This document shows, in pieces, positions 48,561-61,289 of a stretch of 64,000 bases of DNA (positions are counted from its first letter, which is position 1; each line of letters opens with the position of its first letter). The notes under the pieces are model-generated. The model saw nothing but the letters and a program-made list of their open reading frames with translations, searched no databases and had not been told where the DNA came from. Both the position numbers and the translations under genes were made by a program. Source of the stretch: Podarcis bocagei (taxonomy: Eukaryota); the NCBI GenBank assembly GCA_964188305.1, contig OZ076897.1; one strand, 5' to 3'.

Positions 48561-50271
48561 TGGACACAACTAAACGACTAAACAACAACAACAACAAAAC
48601 TAGCAGTACAAGTGAGGCAAAGCCTAGAGGTCAACAGAAGTGCTGGAATGGTGGAAGTATGACCATTTAGTTTGGCTCAGATGGCATATAGTTTCATTTA
48701 ACTACTCTAAAAGTTATAGAAGTGCCTCAGGCTTGCTGGTCATCCTATGTTTGGTCAGAACATCAGATGGCAAAAGCAGATTTTCTTTCTGGAAAGCAAT
48801 TGGGCAGAAATACTGGGTTGTGTATTTTTTTAAATATTGTTTATGGCTGCTTTTGTTATGTTGCAGCTATGCATTTGTTTCATGTTGTAAGCCTTCCCGA
48901 GAATGGTAAAAAGGAGGCATACAAATAAAATTATGTATGTAGAAATATTGGTTGCATCTGTCTGTTTAATTAAAGCTGAACATCTGATGAAGGCGCCTAG
49001 GTTATTATGGAGGGGCAGACCCCACTGTGTTCCTGGCTGGAAGTAACAAAAAGTATGACTGTAACACCTTGTGGTTCAATGCATCTGCAAAACAAAAGAG
49101 GTTGAGCTATCAAAATGATTTCCCAACTGCTGTTTAGTTAGTCCCAGTAAACAAGCTGTGTGACTACTCCATTGTAAAACAATAAACAAGCCCTGAACCC
49201 AGACAATTTACTTCTGTCTGGGTTGTGACCGCAGTGCTAGGAGAAAGTTGGTGTGCATGCTGGACTTTGATCTGCGCCATTGTTAATACCAGATATTACT
49301 ATATAATAAGTCCAACAGTCTTAGTAGCTACAGCATTGAACTAGAGTCTTATCTAGACTTCAAAAGGTTTTCCAGAGAAGGAAGTTTCGCCTCTAGGGCA
49401 GGCCACACCTACGCACTAGAAAACAATCGCTGGCCTCATGCCATGTCCATGAGAGGATCTTGGGTTAAATGTTCTCCAAATTGAAAGCCTGAAAGCCACA
49501 AAGAAAGATCTTGGTACACACAGGAAAAATTAGATGCACAATGATTAGATATTTTTAATGGCTCTCCTGCTGGTCAGATAAAACCATCGTATAATACAGC
49601 CTATATCTCATGACCCGGCAAAATGGAAGTGAATGATGAGCAGAAAGAATATACAAGCAGGGTTAAATTTGTACATCTCAGTGAGGATGCATCACGTTGA
49701 GTGAGCTTCGCTGCATGCTGAATTCTTCCCTGCCCAGCTCCTTAAAATTAATAACTTGACAAGGCACAGGTTTTAAGCTTAAAATATTGTAATACTCTGT
49801 CTCATACATTTTACAGTACACATTTTTTTTTCTTGAAAAAGATCCAAAACCTTGGGCTGGATTGGTCCTATAGGACAGATTTATACATCACATTTTACAG
49901 TAAACAAGACTTGGATTAATTCCTTCATAAATGCAGGGAACCATCTAATAAGCCGCTTACAGAAAATAATGATGACTAGATATTCTAGCAGAAGGATGCA
50001 ATTGCTCAACTGCTTTGGGGGATATGAAGCTGTGCATTAAGTATCGCTGCCTCACATTGGTGCTGTTTAGATGGTAAACCAGAGCTGGCACAGGCAGCGT
50101 ATGCGGAGGGGGGAAATAAATAATCATATTCTTTCAATGAGACTTTTAGTGGTGAATAAGGATAGGCAATGCTATATTATGGAGTGCTAGAACGTAGTAC
50201 AAATACCATGCATGTCTTGCTGTTAATTCTCGTGTAGTCTATATCCTTCTGCAGCTGCTCAGTTTAGCATC

Positions 50272-50316
50272 CTAGTTTGCTTGTTCTTTCAGGGACTCTG
50301 CCACCAACTTCATTTG
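50272..50316 (-). CDS. ANO10: Anoctamin-10 (TMEM16K) terminal coding exon
   Basis: Minus strand reads TTCTGCCTTCTTCTATTCTTTCAG|CAA ATG AAG TTG GTG GCA GAG TCC CTG AAA GAA CAA GCA AAC TAG = QMKLVAESLKEQAN*. This resembles the human ANO10 last exon as recalled (QMKLVTENLKEE...), and SNRK and ANO10 are known tail-to-tail neighbours. No upstream ANO10 exons were found in the window. Confidence 0.85.
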   Translation of the reverse strand, partial: QMKLVAESLKEQAN

Positions 50317-50392
50317 CTGAAAGAATAGAAGAAGGCAGAAAAATGAGGGAAGTTAAGCAAACACAGTAGGCATGAAGGTTTGAATGAACGCC

Positions 50393-50560
50393 ATCCAGTT
50401 GATCAATTCAAAGTGTTGGTGATGACCTTTAAAGCCCTAAACAGCCTCAGTCCTGTATACCTGAAGGAGCATCTACACCCCCATCATTCAGCCCGGACAC
50501 TAAGGTCCAGCTCTGAGGGCCTTCTGGAAGTTCCCTTACCGCGAAAAGTGAGGTTACAGG
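50393..50560 (+). mobile_element. L2 LINE ORF2 fragment
   Basis: QFKVLVMTFKALNSLSPVYLKEHLHPHHSARTLRSSSEGLL. Confidence 0.8.
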
Positions 50561-50732
50561 GAGGTTATTTGCAATGGAGTTAGGAAATGTATGCAACGCT
50601 GAGCAGCAAGTAAGGAAGGGAACATCAATGTAGCCGGATGGGAAATCAACTTTTAAATTTGTATTAAATTTGAAATAATTTGATATTAATTTGTTAAGTT
50701 TTTTGAAAAGCAATAAAAATTAATTGGCAAAG

Positions 50733-50763
<31 letters not shown>

Positions 50764-51829
50764 AAGAGTGCACTGAGTCTGATCTGGGATTTTATATATT
50801 CAAAACGAGCACCAAATTATGGGATCACATAACTGTTTTGTTATGTTTGTTGCTGTAAAGGACAGTTCTGTGCTGTGCTTCTGAAATGGCAAGGAAAGTG
50901 ATTTGGGCAGAAGGGAGGGCCATGGCTCCAGCAAACCACTGGACGCTTTCCGTATATCTTTCAAATGTAAAATATATTCAAAACGACAACACGATGAAGC
51001 TACACTTCCAGATCAACTATTAACAAGTTTAATTCAGTTCCTGTTGCACAATGTTGTGCGATCCCTGTAACAGAAATCTCCAGAGCTGAATGATGGCATT
51101 CAAATTCTCCTTTAGGCAGCTTTGCTGCTCCATTTAGTTAGCCTTTAAAAAAGAAGCAGCAGCAGCCACGGCTACATTAATTAATAGTAAAACTATCAGA
51201 AGAAGACAGAATACAAAGTACTATTGAATTCATGACCCATCAGACTTGGACTAAATCGTTTATCCTGGAGCAATTTGCTCAAGTTATTGTGCTGCAATTT
51301 ATGGCAAATGTAGAATCAGAAGAGGTGTTCTGTTCTGCTGTGCTCACTATACGCAGAACAAATCTTGGAAACTGTGTAAAGTGTTTTATAATTCTTCATT
51401 TATTAAACAAATGATTGTGAATTTTGTAAATAATTGACTATAAAAATCCTCAAAGTAGATAACAAAAGATAAAGCAGCAAAATCAAGAAAAATTCACATC
51501 TATACTTTAAAACGTACAAAAGTTAAAATACCAAAACAGATTAACATCACCTCGACCTTCTAAGTGTCTAAATAAGAATGCTTTCAGAGGGCACCAAAAA
51601 GAATACAGTGAAGGTGCCAGCTTCATCTCAAAAGGCGGGGAATTCCAAAGTTTAGGCGCTGCCACACTAAACAGAGTTCTTACAAATGCAGAAAAGGTAT
51701 TTTAAGTGGCATCTGTCGTAGTGCCAATTCTGCCAATCGAAGTGGCCGAATGGGCACACATGTGGTAAAGGTGATATCGTAGGCTATATTGTTATTTTTT
51801 GATGGATGAGCAGACCTTTTGTATGGTTT

Positions 51830-52535
51830 ATTCATTCATTCATTTCAAATTTTTACATTTCATTTGTTTTACAATCAATTTCATAATTTGACTTCCTTCC
51901 CCCTCTTTCTGCGGTTCCTTACATTTATTATTAATATCTTCTGCATATCCAAATTCATTTCACTTGCTCATTTAAGTATCTACTGTAAATATATACAGTG
52001 GTGCCTCGCAAGACGAAATTAATCCATTCCGCGAGCCTCTTCATCTAGCGGTTTTTTCGTCTTGCGAAGCAACCCTATTAGCGGCTTAGCGGCTTAGCGC
52101 TATTAGCGGTTTAGCGGCTATTAAAGGCTTAGCGGCTATTAAAGGCTTAGCGGATTAGCGGCTAAAAGGCTATTAGCGGCTATTAAAGGCTTAGCGGATT
52201 AGCGGCTAAAAGTCTATTAGCGGCTTAGAAAAAGGGGGGGGGGAGCGGAAAAAAATCGAAACACTTGCAAGACGTTTTCGTCTTGCAAAGCAAGCCCATA
52301 GGGAAAATCGTCTTGCGAAGCAGCTCAAAAACGGAAAACCCTTTCGTCTAGCGGGTTTTCCGTCTTGCGAGGCATTCGTCTTGCAGGGCACCACTGTACT
52401 CTAACTGCAGGTTATTACAATAATCCTGCTAATGTTTTTATCTGTCTGCAATTTATCTGTAAATATTCAATAAACCATTTCCATTCTTTTATAAGAAGTT
52501 TGTTATCTTGAGTTCTTATTCTTCCTGTAAGTTGG
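51830..52535 (-). mobile_element. L1-clade LINE 3' end, interrupted by a MITE
   Basis: Minus strand LTGRIRTQDNKLLIKEWKWFIEYLQINCRQIKTLAGLL*, homologous to the 4178-4447 ORF end. Confidence 0.7.
51996..52396. mobile_element. Tc1/mariner MITE with internal (TTAGCGGC)n minisatellite
   Basis: TA|CAGTGGTGCCTCGCAAGACGAA...TTCGTCTTGCAGGGCACCACTG|TA; repeat array about 52075-52228. Confidence 0.85.
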
Positions 52536-52594
52536 AAAATGATGTTTATTTTGGTATACTTCCACTTTATTTATATTTGAATTTCTTTCTCCTA

Positions 52595-52800
52595 TTTTTT
52601 TTCTAACTGCAAAGTCTTTGATCCGATCCTCAAAACTAATCTTACGTAATGCATCTGCTTATATACAATACTTAGTCGAGATAAGGCATCCTGCCTGCCT
52701 TGTTGCAGAGTTGCTCTGTTGGGATTTTTAATATACTTCAGCTGAGAAAATGAATACTCGGCCGAGCCAATTGTGACCGGTAATGTTAAAAATCCAGCAA
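52595..52800 (-). mobile_element. hAT transposase C-terminal dimerisation-domain remnant
   Basis: FLTLPVTIGSAEYSFSQLKYIKNPNRATLQQGRQDALSRLSI fits the hATC motif (LTLPVT.AS.ERSFS.LK.IK..LR.T). Confidence 0.8.
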
Positions 52801-52931
52801 CAGGAATTTTCTGTGGTGCTCCCATCCCCTTGATGCCCCTAAGAATACTGTATGCTTCTTTTGCATATTTTCCCAGCTCTGGTGGTGGCCCTCATCCCCT
52901 TCTGCAGCAAAGCATTAACCACCCCCTAGAC

Positions 52932-53069
52932 CAGTGGTTCTCAACCTGTGGGTCCCCAGATGTTGTTGGACTACAACTCCCATCATCCCTAGCTAGCAAG
53001 GCCAGAGCTCAGGGATGATGGGAGTTGTAGTCCAGCAACATCTGGGGACCCACAGGTTGAGAACCCCTG
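52932..53069. mobile_element. Palindromic hAT (Charlie-type) MITE
   Basis: CAGTGGTTCTCAACCTGTGGGTCCCCAGATG... fold-back; 8-bp TSD CCCTAGAC / CTCTAGAG. Confidence 0.85.
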
Positions 53070-53077
53070 CTCTAGAG

Positions 53078-53400
53078 CAACCCAGTGAATCGTCTTTGAC
53101 TAGTTTCTACAAGGCAGGATGGACCAAGATCAAAAAGGCAATGAGCCTCACCCTGAAAGTACTCTGTCCACATCCTCAGGCCACAACAATTGAAACTGAT
53201 CCCTGGAGCGCTGAACACTTGGTCTCCAAGGACCCCTCTCTGACCTGCTTCGCATATGGTGTCAAATTTGATGTGGGCGACTTTGGCCCCAAAGAGCTTT
53301 GCAAACATTTCACGGCATGCCACTGAGTGGTCAGATGGGAACACTCTGGCACTGAACGCAACCAGACCTTTGACTGCTCAAAGAGAGCTCCACTTTGAGC
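53078..53400 (-). mobile_element. L2 LINE ORF2 internal fragment (degenerate)
   Basis: Minus strand CREMFAKLFGAKVAHIKFD...DQFQLLWPEDVDRVL...CLFDLGPSCLV, typical of the L2 pre-RT region, with frameshifts. Confidence 0.65.
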
Positions 53401-53999
53401 TTTGCCAAGAGGATACAACGGCAGTAAATAAGATAGATCCTTGAGAAAAGCAAAAAAAAGGGGGGGCCAAATCTGTACTCCCCTCCCTTTCCCCAGCTAT
53501 CCAAGTAAAACTCTTAAGCATTACACTCTCAAAAGAAGCACTTTCTATGGTAATGAGAAGTGACCTTAAAAATGCTACAATAGAGATGCTAACAAAAAGG
53601 GGGAGGGGATGTTCCTTGCAAAATATTTTAAAAGCCTGAGATAAATCACACAAAGGTATAGCACTTGATGAAAACTGTATTCAAAGAATGAATGGGGAAG
53701 AAATCTGGTTTACATATCAAAACTAGGAGCGGTTTCTGATATCTGGGGGTGGTGTAGCAGTTAGAGAGTATTGAATTAGGACCGGGAGATGCATGTTCAG
53801 CTGTGCAGCTCCAAATATGAGCCTGGGACCACCATACAGGGGGGTTATGAGGATAAAATGAGGGAGAGGAGACACTGCCTGCATTGCCTTGAGTTCTTTG
53901 GCAGATCTAAGTTAGGCTCTAAGAGTAAATCCTATATACAAATTGGTTGGCATTCATCGGTCTTGAGGCACAATGAAGTGCACCTCCAGGAGTGAAATC

Positions 54000-54290
54000 A
54001 GACCGCTGGAGAATCACGGCGCCTGCTGTGGCTGCAAAGATTGGTAACTCGTAAGTGCTGCCTCCTGCATTGTTTTTGCTGCATTAGCAGCACCAAAGTG
54101 ACCTCTCCTGGGTGCAAGCCTGGGCAGTATGAATAGAGGTCCTGGGCTGCCCAGACAACAAGACCACCTCTCAGCCTTGTTGATGTAGTCCAAAGGAAAG
54201 CAGAGCAATACACTTGGCACCAGCCGGGCTGCAGGAGTTGCCGGAAGGAGGCATACAAGACGCCATCCAACCATCTTAGGGACTCCACAG
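54000..54290. repeat. Unclassified interspersed repeat
   Basis: Inverted homolog of 5755-6450. Confidence 0.6.
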
Positions 54291-54661
54291 ATTTATGATG
54301 GGTTTACTTAGCTTTTTCTTCTCCCGAAGAATAGAATACATACGAATAGTGAAGCTCATTCTCCTGAAAGTGGTTCCTTAACTGGCCAAAATGAAACCAC
54401 CCACAAGGCAGAAGTGGTTTGGTAGAACCACAGGATTTGCAGACACAGGGCGGGGGATGTTTAGAAAGAAGAGGAATATCCTCAATAGTTCGCAGGTTGT
54501 GTTTTTCTTTTGTTGGGTGGTGAATGGAACATTAGATGTGTAGGGGGATGTGTAGAAAGTATCCTGACCAGGAGCCCTCTACCCTGCCACTTTTTGTTAT
54601 AGGTCCTACTTGGTGGTATTTAGCTCTTCAAAATACCAGACACATGCAAAATCTACTAAAC

Positions 54662-54990
54662 CAGTGGTAGGCAAAGTGGGTGGTACCATCCCCTGGGGGG
54701 TGGGATTACCTAGAGGGGCAAGGAGGTGACGGGGGGGCGGGCTGGAGGTGTAAATGACTATCAGACTTTGAAAAGCTGGGATCACTGCATCAAGTTCATC
54801 ATTTTTGTGGAACTAAACTAGTTTTCATTGGATTCAGAATAAATGTGCAGTTATGGTTATTGTTATCTTCCTTAGTGGGTTGTGCAAACAGCTATTCTGA
54901 ACAATCCATTTTGTAGGGCAGGGGGCTCTAGGAATGAGTTTATGAAATCAAGGTACAGTGACCCTCCCAAAAAACATTTGGGAACTACTG
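54662..54990. mobile_element. Degenerate hAT MITE
   Basis: CAGTGGTAGGCAAA...TTTGGGAACTACTG ends. Confidence 0.5.
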
Positions 54991-54999
54991 TTACAACAA

Positions 55000-55080
55000 T
55001 AATAATAACAACAACAACAATTTATTTATACTCTGCCCATCTGGCTGGGGTTCCCCAGCCACTCTGGGCAGCTCCCAACA

Positions 55081-55112
<32 letters not shown>

Positions 55113-55340
55113 GTAGTAGTAGTGATAAAAGATCAAACATTAAAAACTTCCCTAAACAGGGCTGCCTTCAGATGTCTTCTAAAAGTCAGATAGTTGTTTA
55201 TTTCTTTGACATCTGATGGGAGGGCATTCCACAGGGCAGGCGCCACCACCAAGAAGGCCTTCTGCCTGGTTCCCTGTAGCTTCACTTCTCGCAGTGAGGG
55301 AACCTCCAGAAAAGGCCCTCAGAGCTGGACCTCAGTGTCT
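55000..55340 (-). mobile_element. L2 LINE 3' end
   Basis: Same sequence as 8297-8815, with AAT/AAC tracts. Confidence 0.8.
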
Positions 55341-56934
55341 GGGCTTATGTAACCATAAGTTATGTATGGTGCTGTCTTACATTGCATTTGTCTATCTTGG
55401 GACAATCTATTGCAACTGGTAGCTGCTATCCTCCACTCTCTCAGCTCCTCCCCACCTTACTGCAACACAATAGCGCTTAAATTGGTGGTACCTGGCGTCT
55501 TCTGTGCATGGGCCCTAGTCTTACCCCCTTCCTACAAAGATCAGGAAGATGTCTATTACCACTCGCATGCGAAGCAAACAGCCTTCCTTGCTGCTTTCAA
55601 CAGTGGGAAGCTTCGCCATGACATCCCCTCTCCCCGCCCCAAGACAATCTAGCATTAGCAAAATGTGGGCTGGCGAGTTAATACGCTGCGGAAGGCAAGG
55701 CTGCTTGCTGTGAATATGACACATCCCAATTGACAGACGACCCCACAGCAAAAGGTGCTGGAAGGCAGATGGCATTTCCTGAGCAATGGCTCCTTGCACA
55801 ACGGCACGCCGCTCAAGAGCTGATAGAAATCACAGGCCTCGGTCTATGCCTGAATGTAATTAAATCTCATTTAATGGTGGGGTTTCATCTGTGAATAGGA
55901 CAATCGGAGAAAATTAATTCCGGAAGACTAGCTGTGTCAGGCTGCAAGGTGCCAGGCTTTTTCATCCTTCTTTTTGGCTGTTACTGAATAACTGACTTAT
56001 GATGGGAAAGGGAAAAACAAGTTACTTAGGATGCTTCAAGCTCTAAGGAGTTTGTCTGCTGTGCCTTTTCATGCAGCGCCTCGACGAGGATATGTCTGTG
56101 ATAATAAAATCTTTTTTAAAGCCGAGAGCTTAGTTTATCCTCCAGACTTCTGACGTTACTACCTGCATATTGACAAAGCCCATTATACAAAAGGGTCTTG
56201 ACTTAGTCTACTACAGCTGTAAGTGTGGAATGGAAAGAAGAAAGGCATTCAATTCCCTTCACTAAAGCAATTCCCTTTCGACTAAAATTCTGGCTACCGT
56301 GGCTTAGGATGGAGCAGCCATTCACAGCTCAACAGTGAAGATATCTCAGCCAAAAATATTTTAAAAGTTATATTTACTCACAGCATAATGGAATCAAGTT
56401 AAGTGCTTCCAAGGGCATTGAGTTCAATGTGCTGAAATCTCTTTCACTGAAGTCAATAGGACTTCCAAGTGCTTAATGCTGGATATTTTCTTTAAATATG
56501 TTTTTCCCTTGCCTCTCAGTCTCTCGCAGATTAAAACAAAATTTAAGACAAACATAATACAGGGCCAAACTAGATGAGATGCCATTCACTTAGGTCCATG
56601 AATGAGTTTTTAAAATAAAACGGAAGGCCAGAAGGCCGAATGAAGGCCTTGGCATGGGGTCCCCACTATGATCGCAAGATGGTTTTGTCCCCATGCTTGC
56701 TATTTGCATCAGGGAGATATTTACTTTAACACATTCATGAAACTGCTAATTACATGAATGCTGTCGAAGCTCAGTATAGCAGAACATTAGCAAAAGACAA
56801 TCCAATTCCACAGCAATAACCTCACTCCTTAAAAAGCATACTAGTTCAATCTCCTTGCAGAGCTTGGCAACTAATTATTTTACTTTTTCAGATGCATGGA
56901 CAACTTTCCCTTGCAATGAATGCACACAGGTGTA

Positions 56935-57174
56935 CAGTCTTACCTCGGGTTGAATATGCTTTAGGTTGAGCGTTTTCAGGTTATGCTCCGCAGCAACCCG
57001 GAAGTAACGGAACGTGTTACTTCCGGGTTTCGCCGCTCGTGCAGACGCTCAAAATGACGTCACGCGCATGCGTGGAAGAGGCGGATCGCAACCCACGCAG
57101 ACGCGGGTTGTGTTAGCTTCAGGATGCGAACGGGGCTCCGGAACGGATCCCGTTCGCATCCAGAGGTACCACTG
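56935..57174. mobile_element. Tc1/mariner MITE
   Basis: TA|CAGTCTTACCTC...GAGGTACCACTG|TA. Confidence 0.8.
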
Positions 57175-57475
57175 TATGCTCAAATGGGAAACTTCCAGTT
57201 TGTGCAAGCTGTTACTTCTGAAAACGTGCTACATATTTAACTGTTGTTACCTACCTTGGGATCTTTGGGTGAAGGGTGGGTATAAAACCCCAATAAATAA
57301 ATGAAAGGAGAAAGTGAGTAAGGGCTGAAATTGCCAAACTTTCTACCAACAAAGATTCTGCACTGAGTTTACTGACACCATACTAAGGGAAGCATATGCA
57401 ACACTGTGTCTAAAATGCTTGAATATAATATTTAAGAGCTGTACAAATAATTATCAGGCAGTACAGGAAAAAACC

Positions 57476-57529
<54 letters not shown>
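57476..57529. repeat. (GT)n(GA)n microsatellite
   Basis: Direct reading. Confidence 0.95.
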
Positions 57530-57532
<3 letters not shown>

Positions 57533-59777
57533 AATCATACAGACTCCACTATTATGCAAACCAATTTAATCCTGAAAAAATATATATATTCTGAACCCCA
57601 TGATGATGGAACACATCTTAGAAACAGAAGTTAGAAAATATGGAAAGCTTGGTTCTTTGGTTTGTCGTATTCCTTTAATGTGGTTTGTTTGTTCCTCTGA
57701 AATCCCAGCTCTGTCTTTTTAATACGGTTTGTTATGGTTCACCCTAAGTGACCAGGAGATTTTGTTGTTGAAGTGCTAAAAGAATGTTCTGTTAGGAATC
57801 ACTGTAAGACAACTGCACTCTGGAATATGTCATTTTAGTTTACTCCTTCTATATATGCTTTAAACATTTGGCTACAGCCCAAGAGAGGCAACTGCATGCA
57901 TTCAAGCAAAAGTCATGTACACAATGAGGTGGCAGGACAATGGCTTTTGGCTTCTTCCTGGCAGCAACTTGCAGCACTTAACACTCAACGCACACCCTCA
58001 CCAGCGAAAAGTACTTTGGCAAGCTGGCCTGGGAGCAAGTTCCTGCAGCCAGAAAAGCAAAGCAAAAACCCTTTTATACCTGCCCACTAAAATCTAGTGC
58101 ATGCGGGCTTTTGTGTGTGACCAAAAAACATTTTGTAAAACAGGACAGCAACATATAGGCCAATGTAATATTGAATTTGGTGACATGCCTTTAAACGATT
58201 AAGATTAATTAAACATTGTAAGTTCATGCAATCCTCTAGCCATGTAGGGAACTAATGTTTTTCTCTTTGTTAAAGACAAATGTCTGCAGTCTGAAAAAAT
58301 CTTTGAACATTTTTTCCTCTCTGCTCGGACATATCTGCTTATCAGGAGATTCCAACTTGTTCTTTTGCAGGCATGTCTAGCTATTCTGGTTAGACATTGC
58401 TGTGTATACCAATATTTCCATTCGTTTTTGTGGAGGGGGGAGTTTTCTCCTTATAATGAAAAATAGATTTCCATAAAATGAAGAGTGGTTAAAAAAAGCC
58501 TCTCAAAATATTTTGATGGGAACATAATGAAACAGAGAGGAAAGCAAGAATCAGACGGGGGAGTGGGTCCGTCAGTGGAGAAAACACACACTAACCACAG
58601 CCCGCTCCTGTGATAAACTTGAGAAAAAAGATTCACAGTTCATAAAAATATACCTCTCAGAGGAGCATGAAGAATAATATCTGCCATGGCAACCAACTAG
58701 GACCATCTTCTGGCACTCTCTGAATGAGCATTTATGAGCAGATTAATTCGATACATGCACTGATGAAAGGACTCCTGAGATCTATAACTGTCTGCCACAT
58801 ATTACACTTACTGTGCAACTGGCTGTTTAGAACAGATTGCACAATATCCATATTGACCCAGCACTTTCACAGCACATTTATATGAAACAGATTAAGCACA
58901 CATGCCATGCCATTCTGAACCACCCTTTTTAATAGGTGTTTTACAAACAGCACGGTACTGCTCTGTGGTCTTTATTTTAAAACAAATCGAGAGCTAGAAG
59001 CCAACAGAGATTGGTTGGCAATGGCTTGGGAATTTCAAAGAATTGTCTATTAAAAGTCATGAATGATCATCTGTCAGGCAATAATATTAACCCACCCACC
59101 CCACACACAGAAAATATGTATCTGTATCTATGGCACTGCTATAATCTGATTGATGGTTGGCAATGTGGTCGTATTTCAAAGGCATAATCAGACCAAAACA
59201 CTTTGTCAATAATTATGTCTCCCAGAATACAACAGTATTTCTTTTTCAAGAAAGACTGCATCTTATGAGCACCCAGCACACAGGAATAGGTAGAGATATA
59301 AACATCCTGGAAATTTTGAAGCCATAAACATTTGTCGTTATTATTGTTCTCTGCAATCCAACAGTGTGCCCTTTATTCAATTCATTTCAACAGATTTATG
59401 TGCACCTTAACTTAGTATTGGATTGGGGCCTATGTGTGCATAAAAGATTTTGGAGAAATTGTCACAGGTAATATATAAATGTAGGCATTATTTAACTATT
59501 GTTAAGAATATGAAATGTCCTACATATAGCCAAGGCTAGTGGCATATACAGTTGTATGCTTAGAGAACAAAATATGGTCTTTATTTTTCATTCTAGCAAT
59601 ACAATGCAAGAATCTGTGCTCAAGCAGACTGGCATCTAAGCAGAGATTTTTGCTTGTTGACAAATACAAAAGATATATACAGTGGACCCTCGGGTTACAT
59701 TACCTTCGGGTTGCAAACTTTCGGGTTGCGAACACAGCAAACCCGGAAGTGTATACTAGCAGTCCACAATCATTTTG

Positions 59778-59868
59778 AAGGTAAAAGATGAAAAGGTAAA
59801 GGACCCCTGGACGGTTAAGTCCAGTCAAAGGCAGCTATGGGGTTGCGGCGCTCATCTCACTTTCAGGC
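59778..59868 (-). mobile_element. Sauria SINE 3' fragment
   Basis: AAAGGTAAAGGACCCCTGGACGGTTAAGTCCAGTCAAAGGC, as at 578. Confidence 0.75.
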
Positions 59869-61289
59869 CATATATACTGTATATATGGAGTAAGCAGCAG
59901 GCAGCAAGGAGTCACATTGTAAAGCAACACCAACAGCAAAAACCATGCGGATGGAGACTAAATATAATCAGAAAATAATCTTCCTCACAGCCCTGCCAAA
60001 TCTGAAATGTGTCATTTTAAATATCTACTTTATGGCACATACTGCCTATCCTGATCCTTGCTAATCCAAATCACAGGTTGGGCACTTGCAAGATTAGTGG
60101 GAGTGACTGGTTACCATCCGTCTGTCTCGGGAGTAAACACAGGCCAAAAGCTCAAGGGAAATTTCTGCCCAGCCAAACCCTAACATTATATATACTCATA
60201 AGAACCCCTGACACATGCAACGTGTGCTGATTGAATAACAACAGTGCCTAAAACCCAAATAAATGTGTTTTGCTTAAAAGCCCTGCACTTAAGCCACACA
60301 AAAGAAGAACTAGGCCACAGAAGCCTTGCTTAACTATTATGCAACACAGCGGGAACATAGTGAACACATTATAACACACGAGGGAATATTGAATTGGTTG
60401 AAGGAAGTACCATGTGACAAAGATTCAAAAATCACAACACTCCAATAGAAATCAAGCAGCACTGACCACTTTACTCTGAATAAATTCTGGACTCTATTTT
60501 CACACCAGAGATTTCAGATTTGACTGAAGGTTCACATTGCAGCAGCCCACTGCCTGCACAAAGCCTTTTGTAGTTAAGATAATTTTCTGAATGGCCCTAA
60601 AATGTTAAATATAGTAACGTACTCTCAGAAGGCAATCTTACCATTTAAGCACCCTCCAACATCTCAAGACGACAGAAGATTGTTGCCTTGGCAACCCAGA
60701 GCCTGTTCAACACTAACCTGGAGAGTCAACATGGACCACTTGAAGAACCACATACAAAGGTATAAATTTCTTATTCTGTGCAATGACAGGCATCCCGATG
60801 TCACGGTGAAAGAAATTAAAAGGGAAGTAAGTGGTGATCCTTTTATATGTATTGAATTTGACAGTGGTAAGTATTGTTAATTGTATTATTCTGCCCCAGA
60901 GAGCATTCATACAGAAGCTTTCTGTTCATAATAGAGTCAACTCCATTTTTTAAAGAATCACTCCTGCAAAGATCTCATTACACGTTCACCATCACCTAGC
61001 AAAGAATTGGGGGGGGGGGGGAGATGAATAGAGCAAATGGCATGGACAATTTGGCTTTTTCTGTACTACAGCCACCCAGGTCTCTAGGTTAGGCCTGATA
61101 CTACACAGTTTTGTAACAAACTATTAAAGGAGGTAGTCTGCTTATATGCAACACTTGCACAAAGAGGAATCATGATCTTTGGTCTTCTCAGGTCACTTTC
61201 ACTCCCTCTCAGATGTAACTTGACTATTTGTATATTCACTGACAAATTACTGTACTGCTAGAGAAATCCTTCTGGGAGTTGACCCATGC

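Larger units (their letters stand above)
45704..48597 (+). mobile_element. 5'-truncated BovB (RTE) LINE; body 45704-46042, tail 48561-48597
   Basis: WCWRRLLRVPWTARRSDLSILKEISPECSLEGQIVKLRLQYFGHLMRREDSLEKT...RWLD; (CAA)n tail; 12-bp TSD AACTAGCAGTAC at 45692-45703 and 48598-48609. Confidence 0.9.

Noticed and set aside
50239-50274. Programmed stop-codon readthrough of ANO10
   Set aside because: The TAG-G context is not a known leaky context and there is no conservation evidence.
52075-52228. CRISPR-like or true telomeric array
   Set aside because: Eukaryotic DNA, no unique spacers, and the unit is not TTAGGG.
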